A DNA stretch of 64,000 nucleotides from Desulfobacterales bacterium (lineage in GTDB: Bacteria > Desulfobacterota > Desulfobacteria > Desulfobacterales > UBA5616): positions 31,019 to 95,018 of the forward strand of contig JAWODC010000049.1 of the NCBI GenBank assembly GCA_046483495.1. The letters run 5' to 3'. A program made the translations under genes and the position numbers. This document shows positions 35,917 through 44,353 of this stretch, in pieces (the stretch's first letter is position 1; every line of letters starts with the position of its first letter). Below the pieces are notes generated by a model. That model was not told the DNA's origin, searched no databases, and was given only the letters and a program-made list of their open reading frames with translations.

Positions 35917-36564
35917 TTGCGGCCCAAATGGTTTTTAGCATTGGCTTTTTTTTGGATCCTCGGCATGGCGGATACGGTCTACCTGACCTATCACCATTAC
36001 CGAGTCAATATTCTCATGCCGGCTGGAAGCAGTTTTTGTGCCGTGAACGAAGTTATCGACTGTGACAAAGCCGCCACAAGCTTTGGGTCGATGTTTATGG
36101 GATTCCCCGTCGCCACTTGGGGCATGTTTGCTTTCCTTTTTTTAGTGTTTTTTATGGCCGTGGAACGATTGCTGTACTGGGAAATTCAAAAAGCGCTCTA
36201 CGGTTTTCTTCTTTTTATCCTTTATACTATGGCGCTGTTTTCCATCGTCGAGGCGTTTATTTCATTTTTCATTCTCAACGTGGTCTGCATCATGTGTGTT
36301 TTCCTCTATATCATTATCATCCTGATGGTGGTTGCCTGCAAACGGGCTTTAGCAGTGAGCCATCTTGAATTTCTGATACTGCTGCGGGATCTTTTTTTCA
36401 GTTCCCTATTTCGCACACTGTTAAGAAAGGGGACTTCTGTTGCCATTATCGCCCTTGTCTTTTCCGGTCTTATCGCCATTGGACTCGACGGTAAGTTCCG
36501 GGAAACATTTTACTACCAGCGCGTGGATATCATGCTCTCGGAGCCGAGGCCGGAGGGTGATTGA
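35917..36564 (+). CDS. vitamin K epoxide reductase (VKOR) family membrane protein
   Basis: Loop cysteine pair C-x7-C (SFCAVNEVIDC) and TM CxxC (VVCIMCVF), the same spacing as VKORC1 C43/C51 and C132/C135. Four or five TM helices. TTG start, uncertain. Confidence 0.7.
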   Translation: MRPKWFLALAFFWILGMADTVYLTYHHYRVNILMPAGSSFCAVNEVIDCDKAATSFGSMFMGFPVATWGMFAFLFLVFFMAVERLLYWEIQKALYGFLLFILYTMALFSIVEAFISFFILNVVCIMCVFLYIIIILMVVACKRALAVSHLEFLILLRDLFFSSLFRTLLRKGTSVAIIALVFSGLIAIGLDGKFRETFYYQRVDIMLSEPRPEGD

Positions 36565-36581
36565 AAACATATAACCGGTGC

Positions 36582-37520
36582 TCAAGTCATCATATGTTTC
36601 AATGAATCGATGTTTAGAATTCCTCCCCTCTCAGGTTGCACCTGCAGCGAAATGGCGCCGACAGGGCAGGTGGTTTCACAGACACCGCATCCCATGCATG
36701 TATTGACATCGATCCGGACTATTTCATTTTTCTCGTCCATTTCAATGGCATTGAACTGACAGCGCGGGACACATTCCCCACACCCGATACAGCCTTCCCC
36801 AACTGTAGCGATATATCCGGACGGGGCGATATGGGAGTAGGAAATGGCGCCGCTTGTGAACAGGTTCTGGATTTTGATGCCGCCGCAGCAGCAGCTGCAG
36901 CAATTGCAAATGGCAAAAAACCGGTTTCCCATATCTTTTTTGAAGTAGGCGTTGTGAACAAACCCCCTGTTATGACAGTCTTCGAGAATGTGGACGGCCT
37001 CCTCCCGTTCGATTTTTCTAAATCTCGGGTTATGGTCCGCAATGAATGAGGCATGGGGATCGCCGATAAACATACAGGCTTCCATGGGGTATTCCATGCA
37101 GGGGCACTCAGCCTGAGCCAACCGGCAGGGGCAGGTTCCGACCGCAATTGCATCATTGCTTTTGAGCAGGACATTTCTGGCGAGCTTAAACGGCACAATG
37201 GTTTCCGGCACCTCGATATGGAGGTCGGTTTGTAATGATACCAGCTTTTTTGCATCCTCCAATTGAACAATTTTGGCATGATAAATATCCGTCTCCGAGT
37301 TTCCTCCTGCCTGGGCGATGATGTTCAGGTTTGCCTGGAGCATATCGTCTACGGCGGGGTCTACTTTTTCGATCTCCGGATTGACCGGAAGCCCCATGCT
37401 CTCCATGACCTTGGCCTCAAATTGGTGAAGAAACTTCATGTACAGAAAGGCATTATAGAAATCGTTTTTGCTTTCCTTTTTGTAGAAATCGAACAGCGCT
37501 TTTGTCGTTTCATCCATCAA
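36582..37520 (-). CDS. Fe-S protein: cysteine-rich N-terminal/middle region plus C-terminal 2x[4Fe-4S] ferredoxin domain
   Basis: CPCRLAQAECPCMEYPMEAC, the poly-Cys run ICNCCSCCCGG, then CIGCGECVPRC and CMGCGVCETTCP. Confidence 0.7.
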   Translation of the reverse strand: MMDETTKALFDFYKKESKNDFYNAFLYMKFLHQFEAKVMESMGLPVNPEIEKVDPAVDDMLQANLNIIAQAGGNSETDIYHAKIVQLEDAKKLVSLQTDLHIEVPETIVPFKLARNVLLKSNDAIAVGTCPCRLAQAECPCMEYPMEACMFIGDPHASFIADHNPRFRKIEREEAVHILEDCHNRGFVHNAYFKKDMGNRFFAICNCCSCCCGGIKIQNLFTSGAISYSHIAPSGYIATVGEGCIGCGECVPRCQFNAIEMDEKNEIVRIDVNTCMGCGVCETTCPVGAISLQVQPERGGILNIDSLKHMMT

Positions 37521-37548
37521 GCCCCCTTTTTTTGGCGGTTATTGGAAA

Positions 37549-37582
37549 AGAAGACCATCGATCAAGCGGTCGATGGTCTTCT
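37549..37582 (-). promoter_or_regulatory. intercistronic 13-bp perfect hairpin (attenuator or mRNA-stability element)
   Basis: AGAAGACCATCGA (37549..37561) / TCGATGGTCTTCT (37570..37582) with an 8-nt loop. On the minus strand only TTT follows, so it is not a canonical terminator. Confidence 0.45.
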
Positions 37583-37622
37583 CGGTTCTTGTCGCTTGGG
37601 AAAAGGTTTGCATATTTGCCTT

Positions 37623-38099
37623 TCATGTTTCGTCTTTAATCTCGTATCTGAAATCGCAATGATCCGCACCCTCCATGATGGTTTGGGTACGGCTGAATCG
37701 GATATTGGGATTGAACCCTTCTGCGATGGAGGCATCCCGTCCGCATGAGAGAATGTACCCGAACTCCTCCATACCCAAACTGCGGTACATTTCCGCGAAT
37801 TTGCATCGTGTGAAGTTAACCGCGATTTTATCGGGAGCGGCTTCGACGATTTCGTATTTCAGGGCGCCCCCTTGACCGGCCACGGCAAGGGCCTTTTGGA
37901 AATCTTCGAGGCCGTCCCCTTCGGCGATGCTTCTAAGCATTTCACCCGCCTCGATCGACAGCGCCCGAATCACCTCCCCGGCAACTTCGAGAGCGGGCTT
38001 ACGGCCGAATTTTTGCATAAAGGCCCTGATCAGCGGAACGGCTATACGGGCCTCGATTTCACGCCTGGTAATCAAAGGCACACTGTTGATGTCCTGCAT
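37623..38099 (-). CDS. L-2-amino-thiazoline-4-carboxylic acid (ATC) hydrolase family protein
   Basis: FTRCKFAEMYRSLGMEEFGYILSCGRDASIAEGFNPNIRFSRTQTIMEGADHCDFRYE matches the family hallmark pattern. GGAGGA upstream. Confidence 0.65.
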   Translation of the reverse strand: MQDINSVPLITRREIEARIAVPLIRAFMQKFGRKPALEVAGEVIRALSIEAGEMLRSIAEGDGLEDFQKALAVAGQGGALKYEIVEAAPDKIAVNFTRCKFAEMYRSLGMEEFGYILSCGRDASIAEGFNPNIRFSRTQTIMEGADHCDFRYEIKDET

Positions 38100-38115
38100 C
38101 CTTTTTCCTCCGTTT

Positions 38116-38472
38116 TTAATATTCCTCTTTGTTTCGGACGGCCTTATTCCCGGTAACCACCAAATCTTTCAATACGTTGTTCAGGTCCAGGGGTTCCAGC
38201 GTGATGTCCTTTTCGACCCGGGTTTGACAGAAGAGGCCCGGACGGCCGTTTATTCTGCCGGAGCATTTCCCGCAGACGCCCAAGGTACAGGCCGCATGGT
38301 CGTAATACGCCAACGTGCCGTCCTGATTGTGATAAATGTAATCGAGTACATCAAGGGCACTCATCCCCTCTTGGTAGGGCACTTCATAGGTGCGGTAGTA
38401 GGGCGCCTTGTCCCTTATCGGATCGAACCTGAATACCGTTGCCTGAATTGTATGTTCACCCATAGCGACCAC
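38116..38472 (-). CDS. [2Fe-2S] ferredoxin-like protein equal to the N-terminal domain only of SdhB/FrdB
   Basis: ACTLGVCGKCSGRINGRPGLFC is exactly Cx4Cx2Cx11C. FRFDPIRDKAPYYRTYEVPYQEGMSALDVLDYI resembles the SdhB N-terminus. The probable true start is ATG 38463. The 4Fe-4S/3Fe-4S half is absent. Confidence 0.7.
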   Translation of the reverse strand: MVAMGEHTIQATVFRFDPIRDKAPYYRTYEVPYQEGMSALDVLDYIYHNQDGTLAYYDHAACTLGVCGKCSGRINGRPGLFCQTRVEKDITLEPLDLNNVLKDLVVTGNKAVRNKEEY

Positions 38473-38557
38473 CGTTCGGTTGCCGGCAAGACCCGGCAGT
38501 GTTCAGCCCTCATAATGAAAGCGATGCTTCAGCTACAAGGTCCTGATGATTTTCAAA

Positions 38558-40327
38558 TCAATGCTTGCCGCCGGTATCGGAATGGGAAAGCATCATTTCC
38601 TTAATGAAATCCATGTAAGCAGTAACGCCTTTCGGCGGGGTCATGCTTGTTACGGCCACCGGAACATGGTGCACCTCGGAGCCGCTTCGCGTGCGTTTTG
38701 CGATACTTTCCTTGAGCCAATTGTCATTGTCGGTATGCGGATAATCTTCTCGAAAATGCACACCCCGGCTTTCCGTTCGCAAAAGGGCGCTTTCTGCGGC
38801 TACCGCAAGAAGTTCGACCATGTTTTCCAGTTCAAGGGCGTCGATCCATTCTTTATTGTATCGCCTGTTTTCAGTTGTAACGGCGATATGTGGTATCGCG
38901 TCTTTTTTCAGGCGATTCAAAAAACGTATGAAAGTGATCAGCTCTTCCCGAACCCGGATGGGGCCCAAATAGGTGTGTGCGGCAGTTTGAACGGATCCCC
39001 TGATTTCCTGTGGCGAAACGCCCTTCACCCGACTCAGGGGAGCAGCGGCCTTTTCTTCCAGGGCGGCAAAGGCATCATCTGCGGGCCTGCCGGTATCGGA
39101 TTTGCCGGTATAGGCTGCGGCATTTTCTCCGGCATCCGCACCGTGAACCAGCATTTCAGTAATCGCTGCAAACACACGATTGGCGCCGAATGCACCCAGC
39201 GTACATTCTCCGGCTGCAAAAAGTCCGGGCAAGGCAGTTTCAAAATGTTCGTTAACCTTGATGCCGCCTTCGAAATATTCGACGGCCGGACCGACCTCGA
39301 CCGGCTCGTTGTCCCTTAATTTTCGGCCCCATTCAGAAAGGTCCAGTGCCTTATACTTCCATTTTGGAAAAATCATGGAGGCAACGAATTCGATATCCTC
39401 CCATGGTGCATCGCCCCGGCTGTAATGAATGCCGCCGTTGGCGAATCCTCTTCCTGCTCGAATCTCTTTTGCCGTGGCATGAGAGATGAAGCTTTTGTTC
39501 CATTCGGTTGACGCTCCGATCTTGACGACAACGGGATCGTTAGATTTTAAAAATTCATCCCCGTCACAATTGGTTAATCGGACATCCACCAGCATGCTCA
39601 GGATATAGGGAGCGATGCTGCCCGCCCAGATGGGAGGATTCAGAAAAACATTGCAGCAAAACGTAATGAATTCCATGTTTCCAAGATCCGCTCCGGCACG
39701 GTGGGCCATCGCAATACCTTCCCCCGACAAATCCCTCATGCCCGTAGTGGGTCGGAACGCTTTATGCCAACCGCCGGTAGCCATAACCACGGCCTTGCAC
39801 CGGAACCGGATAAAATCTCCGGATCGGATATCGATCCCCAACGCCCCTGCGACGGCGCCTTTTGCGGTGACCAGGTCGAATAGAAAAATGTCTTCCAGCA
39901 TTTGGATGCCTAAAGACCGCGCCTTTCTGAGCAGGGCATCCATGATACCCGTGCCGCTGGTGAAAATCATCCGCTCATCGCTCACTTTGATCTGAATTCC
40001 CCATTCGATCAGTTCCTGCAGGCATTGCGGCGCCTTTCGGATATACTGGTCGACGAGCTTCTGGTTGTTCAGAAAACAGCCTTGTGTGACGATGTCATTG
40101 AAAACTTTTTCCGGAGTGTCTTCGGGATCGCCGGCCAACCCGGGAATACGGCTCATGCTCGCGCCGTCCAGCGTGAAATCGGCACCCGCCATCGGAGTCG
40201 CCCCGCATCGGGCAAGAGGGCCCTTGCTCAAGAGCAGCACCTTCATCCCTTTCTCCGCGGCTGCTATAGCGGCCCTGAAACCGGCGCCGCCTCCCCCCAC
40301 CACCAATATATCGGTGTCGATTATCAC
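38558..40327 (-). CDS. FAD-dependent oxidoreductase, succinate dehydrogenase/fumarate reductase flavoprotein-like
   Basis: GTG start. DILVVGGGGAGFRAAIAAAEKG, VMATGGWHKAF and FAAGEC. At the Frd/Sdh MEFVQYHPTG position the ORF reads MEFITFCCNV. Confidence 0.75.
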   Translation of the reverse strand: MIIDTDILVVGGGGAGFRAAIAAAEKGMKVLLLSKGPLARCGATPMAGADFTLDGASMSRIPGLAGDPEDTPEKVFNDIVTQGCFLNNQKLVDQYIRKAPQCLQELIEWGIQIKVSDERMIFTSGTGIMDALLRKARSLGIQMLEDIFLFDLVTAKGAVAGALGIDIRSGDFIRFRCKAVVMATGGWHKAFRPTTGMRDLSGEGIAMAHRAGADLGNMEFITFCCNVFLNPPIWAGSIAPYILSMLVDVRLTNCDGDEFLKSNDPVVVKIGASTEWNKSFISHATAKEIRAGRGFANGGIHYSRGDAPWEDIEFVASMIFPKWKYKALDLSEWGRKLRDNEPVEVGPAVEYFEGGIKVNEHFETALPGLFAAGECTLGAFGANRVFAAITEMLVHGADAGENAAAYTGKSDTGRPADDAFAALEEKAAAPLSRVKGVSPQEIRGSVQTAAHTYLGPIRVREELITFIRFLNRLKKDAIPHIAVTTENRRYNKEWIDALELENMVELLAVAAESALLRTESRGVHFREDYPHTDNDNWLKESIAKRTRSGSEVHHVPVAVTSMTPPKGVTAYMDFIKEMMLSHSDTGGKH

Positions 40328-40451
40328 CGTGTGGAATCCTTTATTATGGTTCGGGTAAATTTTCTCAGGTTATGAACCGTGGTTTGGAGCAAGATACTCC
40401 AACCGGTTTCAACACCCTTAGGAGGGTGGCGTGCGATAAGCAAAAGAAGGT

Positions 40452-40488
40452 AAAAAAATCGGCATATCGAACCCAATGGGTTCGATAT
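40452..40488 (-). terminator. rho-independent terminator after the sulfite-reductase-like gene
   Basis: Minus strand: ATATCGAACC-CATTG-GGTTCGATAT (10-bp stem, palindrome 40464..40488), then GCCGA and TTTTTTT (40458..40452). Confidence 0.6.
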
Positions 40489-41150
40489 CAAAGAACCGCC
40501 GCTTTCAGTTCATCGATTCCGATTCGTTCCATGAACCGGGCGGTCCGTTCTCTTTTTTTGCCGTTGGCTGCATAGTGTTCCAGGCATTTTCGGGTGAGAT
40601 CGATAACGGCTTCCTTGTCGAGGTCCTCGGCCACCACATCACCGATGCGTGGCCGGCCGCCGCTGTTGCCGCCGAAAATCAGTGTCCAGCCATTCTTCTT
40701 GCCCAGCACCCCGACATCGCGCACATAACTTTCTCCGCAGCACATGGGACACCCTGAAACTCCGAATTTGACCTTTGCAGGAAGCGCCATGTTCTGAAAG
40801 AGATTTTCGAGCTCCATTCCCAGCCCCAGAGAATCCTGCACGCCCAGCCGGCACACCGCGGTTCCCGGGCACGCCTGTGCATAGTGAACGCATAGCTCTG
40901 TGGCTCTGCCTACATCCATGCCGAGATCTTTCCAAACCGATTTCAGTTCGGATTCCTTGAGTCCCACCAGGGCGATGCGCTGACCGGACGTGATCTTCAC
41001 CACCGGTATACCGTATTTCTTGACGACGCTTGCTATGGATTCGAGCACTTGAGGGTTAAGTATCCCCAGCGGCGTTCTGGGGACGATGGCATAGGTTTCC
41101 TTATCCCTCTGCAGAATTGCTCCATCAAGATGTTCCGGATGTTCCGCCAT
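40488..41150 (-). CDS. small nitrite/sulfite reductase-like siroheme-[4Fe-4S] protein (low-molecular-weight assimilatory-type sulfite reductase-like)
   Basis: 220 aa. GAILQRDKETYAIVPRTPLG, ITSGQRIALVGL, and cluster/siroheme cysteines Cx5C (ACPGTAVC) and Cx3C (GCPMCC). The size matches the ~218-aa Desulfovibrio alSir class. Confidence 0.65.
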   Translation of the reverse strand: MAEHPEHLDGAILQRDKETYAIVPRTPLGILNPQVLESIASVVKKYGIPVVKITSGQRIALVGLKESELKSVWKDLGMDVGRATELCVHYAQACPGTAVCRLGVQDSLGLGMELENLFQNMALPAKVKFGVSGCPMCCGESYVRDVGVLGKKNGWTLIFGGNSGGRPRIGDVVAEDLDKEAVIDLTRKCLEHYAANGKKRERTARFMERIGIDELKAAVL

Positions 41151-41254
41151 ATCGATCTCCTTTCGAGTTTGTTCGGCGCCGATCCATTTCCTTTGGGCAC
41201 TTTTTGCGGCATGGGTAATAACCCCGCCGCAACTCGGGAAAGACGCACGAAATA

Positions 41255-41283
41255 ATTTTATTTTTGTTTCCCCGGTATGTCAA
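41255..41283 (-). promoter_or_regulatory. sigma70-like promoter of the sulfite-reductase-like gene
   Basis: Minus strand: TTGACA (41283..41278), exactly 17 nt, TAAAAT (41260..41255). This gives a ~100-nt leader containing the hairpin TTGCGGC/GCCGCAA (41204..41232). Confidence 0.55.
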
Positions 41284-41348
41284 GGTTATGGTGTCCTCCC
41301 GGAACGGTCTTATATCGTAAACGGCAACCATGTGAATGGTTTTGAAAA

Positions 41349-41588
41349 TCAAGGTGGAGGGATTATCCCATCCAGCACCCATTCACCGTCATGGCGGGAT
41401 TTCAATATATAGCGATTCCCATCGTCCGCCGCGACCTTGAAATAATCATATTCCGGGCTTCGCCAATAATCGATAATGACGTCGATCATGCGCTTCCTGC
41501 CATGGAGAATGAAACTGATCGGCCGCTGACCCGCCCTGTAGCCGGCATAGCACTGCACCTCGATGATTGCGTCTCGATCGGTGTTCAT
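41349..41588 (-). CDS. hypothetical 79-aa protein
   Basis: ORF only (MNTDRDAIIEVQCYAGYRAGQRPISF...YFKVAADDGNRYILKSRHDGEWVL). Protein-like composition, 17 nt after the upstream gene. No family recognised. Confidence 0.45.
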   Translation of the reverse strand: MNTDRDAIIEVQCYAGYRAGQRPISFILHGRKRMIDVIIDYWRSPEYDYFKVAADDGNRYILKSRHDGEWVLDGIIPPP

Positions 41589-41605
41589 CTACGGTAATCC
41601 GCCGT

Positions 41606-42199
41606 TCATGTACTGGCATACCCTAAGGAACCGATCAGATCATCGGCTTCACTCAAGTCGGGAATATCGGTTAAATCGGGATCCTTACGCACGTCGCTCC
41701 AAAGCAGATCGACTGTCCATGCAGCCGTCAACCCCACGACTGTGGGGCACAGCGTTGAATGTCCGCCCCTGTTTTCGTATGTTTCTATGTGTTCTGGATT
41801 CGTCCAGTCCATATCGAATCCAAGATGGGTTTTTAAAATGTCGCCGCATTTCAGGCTGCCGAGTTTGTACTTGAATTTTTCCTGAAGGGTATAGGCGAGA
41901 ATGGTTGCCTTGATGTCCCATTCTTTGCCGTCCATGAAATAATCGTAAGGCCTTCCAAGAAAATAACCGATGACGGCGCACGCGGCGGAAAATGAGCCGC
42001 ATGTGTTCGAGGATGCGCCCCCGCCGGCTTCCAGGGGATGGACAGCCCTGAAAAAGGATTCATTTTTGATGCCGAAGACATCTGCAAGCGCATTGTAGGT
42101 GCACTGGGAACAGGAATGCCTGTTCTTTTCGCCTTCGAACCCGATCCTGAACGCCCTTTTCATGGCCTCTTCTTTGGTATACCGGTTGATTCGCTCCAT
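41606..42199 (-). CDS. C_GCAxxG_C_C family putative redox-active protein
   Basis: NRHSCSQCTYNALADVFG, LEAGGGASSNTCGSFSAACAVIGYFLG, LKCGDIL and HSTLCPTVVG follow the family cysteine pattern. GAAGGA upstream. Confidence 0.55.
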   Translation of the reverse strand: MERINRYTKEEAMKRAFRIGFEGEKNRHSCSQCTYNALADVFGIKNESFFRAVHPLEAGGGASSNTCGSFSAACAVIGYFLGRPYDYFMDGKEWDIKATILAYTLQEKFKYKLGSLKCGDILKTHLGFDMDWTNPEHIETYENRGGHSTLCPTVVGLTAAWTVDLLWSDVRKDPDLTDIPDLSEADDLIGSLGYAST

Positions 42200-42289
42200 G
42201 ATTTCCTTCTCTTGTTTTACGTTATGCTCTCAATTTTCTGCCTCATATCGGGGGGCAGAGTGGTTTGGGCCTAGTTTATGCCAAACACT

Positions 42290-44353
42290 CTACAATGCCT
42301 CGACAGCGCCGATATCAGCGGATGAGTTCACCGGTCGTGAAACGCCAAGCTGATCGATCGGCTGCTGGGAAACACTGATGTCTTCTTCCCAAATGGAAAA
42401 GAAAATGTCATTGTTTTCGGGCAACAAACCCGACGATGGAAATAGATCCCTCCAGGCGCCGTCGCCGAGCAGTTCCGGACCCATTCCCAATATGTGCTCG
42501 TCCTCGAGGGCTGCATCGAGCTGATGCCAGAATTCGATATACGGATAATTTGCAAGCTCCTGCGTCCAGGTAATCGCCGGACCAAACCACTGAACATCGT
42601 CAAGCGTTAGCATCGGTTCGCCTGAAGGGTTCGTATAGGGCTGGGTTCCCACAGTTTCGCCGTCGGCATCGACGGTCTGTAAAAAGCTTTCAAAATGGGT
42701 TCTGAAATCGGCGGCAAAACCGGGAAGAGTGAAACAGCTCTCGATCCTGTCGAGTACAATGGATAGAAAGTTATCGATGCCGCCGAGCCGGATGTCGTAC
42801 TCGGCAAGGGTCTTGTTAATGATGTATGGTGAAGCAGGGGCCTGGTCGATGGCCCCGGCACCGGGTTGATAATACAAAATCGCGTAATCCGATGCGTCCA
42901 CCCCGGCGGAAAAGATCTCATTGGACCGGACAATTCCAGAGTCCAGATCGAGGACCTCGGCAATTTCCACGCCGCTTCCATCACCGCTTTTTGGAAAATG
43001 CCTGCGGCACAGGGATTCCCAACCCGGCTCACCCACCGGGACAAGGATCTGGCTGAAGTCGAGTGCGCCGATGCGGTTGTAACCCATGCTTTTAAAGTGC
43101 ATTAGGGATCCTGTAAAAATATCCTGAGCATATGCATCTCCGCCGATCTCGGAAACGGTGTTCCCGACGACCAATGAGTGGCCGATGGTGATCGTTTCGA
43201 CGGCGTGAGCATTTCCGATGGTTGCGGCAATGCCGCCGGCCAGATTGGGCTTGCTCAAATCATCGGTACGGGGCACGCCGTACGTTTCGTTCTGAACAAT
43301 CGTGCAGTTCTGAATGGACAAATTGCCGTTGGATATGTAAACGCCGCCGCCCCGCCAATATCCCATGGCCAAAAGAAAATCCGGCAGGCCGGGCGCCGGC
43401 TCGGCGAGGTTTTGGGCGATGGTGCTGTTCGTCAGTTGCAATGTTTTCCGATGACCGATGCCGCCGCCGTCCGAATAAACCCCGCCGCCGTAAGTGAACA
43501 ACGCACGGATGCGGTTTCCCGTGATCGAGCAACGGTCGATAACCGAAAACGTTTCCAGGTTTTCGGCCCCCCCGACAGAAAAAACCCCGCCCCCGGCTGC
43601 TCCTCCGCCTGAAACGGAATTTCCGCTGATGATGCAATTCTCCAGATCGACAATGTCGGCATAGAGCCCGCCGCCAAAGGCACCCCGATCTCTGGACGAA
43701 TCAAAATCGCCCTTGCAGGAGTTGCCGTAAATGCGGCAGTTCACCAGGCGTGCCGCTCCCCATACGGCAACACCGCCGCCGCGGGCCAGCGTCCAGGGCT
43801 GATTTTCATTTTCCGCCGATATGTCCTCTGCTACGCTTTTGCCCCCCGTAATCGACACATTTGCCATACAGAGGTCGCCATAAACAGCCAGCACACGGGC
43901 CGGATTGTCCTCGCCGCCGTTCCATGAAAGGGTGATGCCGGACGGCAGATCCGATGCATCGATGATGACGTTTTTTTGAGTATAAAGTGCGGACTTGCCG
44001 TAGTCCCTTTCGAAATAGCCCTCCAGGTAAGAGACCGGTCCGCTCGGCGTATCCCGCATGCCCATGACTTCACCTTTCAGCACCGAATGTTCTTCCCCGA
44101 CGATGGACAGTTCGATAACGCCGCCGTCCAGGTATTCCTCGAAACGTATGGGTTGATTTTCTTTTGCTGTATCGAGTGCAGAACGAAAGGTGATAATGCC
44201 TGAAGGCGGTTCGGCGCTGTCGTCGAGACTGTTGACAAAAATGGGATCAGGAGCGGCGGCCTTTCGGTCGCTTCCGCTATCTCCGAAACATCCCAAAAAC
44301 AATAGTACCGACAAAAAAACCATTGAGAAAATCGATCGTTTCATTTTCATCAT
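42290..44353 (-). CDS. secreted, probably lipid-anchored right-handed beta-helix repeat protein (choice-of-anchor-Q-like)
   Basis: Signal MMKMKRSIFSMVFLSVLLFLGC. Repeated G-rich beta-helix turns (GGGVAVWGAARLVNCRIYGNS, GGGLYADIVDLENCIISGNS, GGGVYSDGGG, GGGVYISNGNLSIQNCTIVQN). Confidence 0.65.
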   Translation of the reverse strand: MMKMKRSIFSMVFLSVLLFLGCFGDSGSDRKAAAPDPIFVNSLDDSAEPPSGIITFRSALDTAKENQPIRFEEYLDGGVIELSIVGEEHSVLKGEVMGMRDTPSGPVSYLEGYFERDYGKSALYTQKNVIIDASDLPSGITLSWNGGEDNPARVLAVYGDLCMANVSITGGKSVAEDISAENENQPWTLARGGGVAVWGAARLVNCRIYGNSCKGDFDSSRDRGAFGGGLYADIVDLENCIISGNSVSGGGAAGGGVFSVGGAENLETFSVIDRCSITGNRIRALFTYGGGVYSDGGGIGHRKTLQLTNSTIAQNLAEPAPGLPDFLLAMGYWRGGGVYISNGNLSIQNCTIVQNETYGVPRTDDLSKPNLAGGIAATIGNAHAVETITIGHSLVVGNTVSEIGGDAYAQDIFTGSLMHFKSMGYNRIGALDFSQILVPVGEPGWESLCRRHFPKSGDGSGVEIAEVLDLDSGIVRSNEIFSAGVDASDYAILYYQPGAGAIDQAPASPYIINKTLAEYDIRLGGIDNFLSIVLDRIESCFTLPGFAADFRTHFESFLQTVDADGETVGTQPYTNPSGEPMLTLDDVQWFGPAITWTQELANYPYIEFWHQLDAALEDEHILGMGPELLGDGAWRDLFPSSGLLPENNDIFFSIWEEDISVSQQPIDQLGVSRPVNSSADIGAVEAL

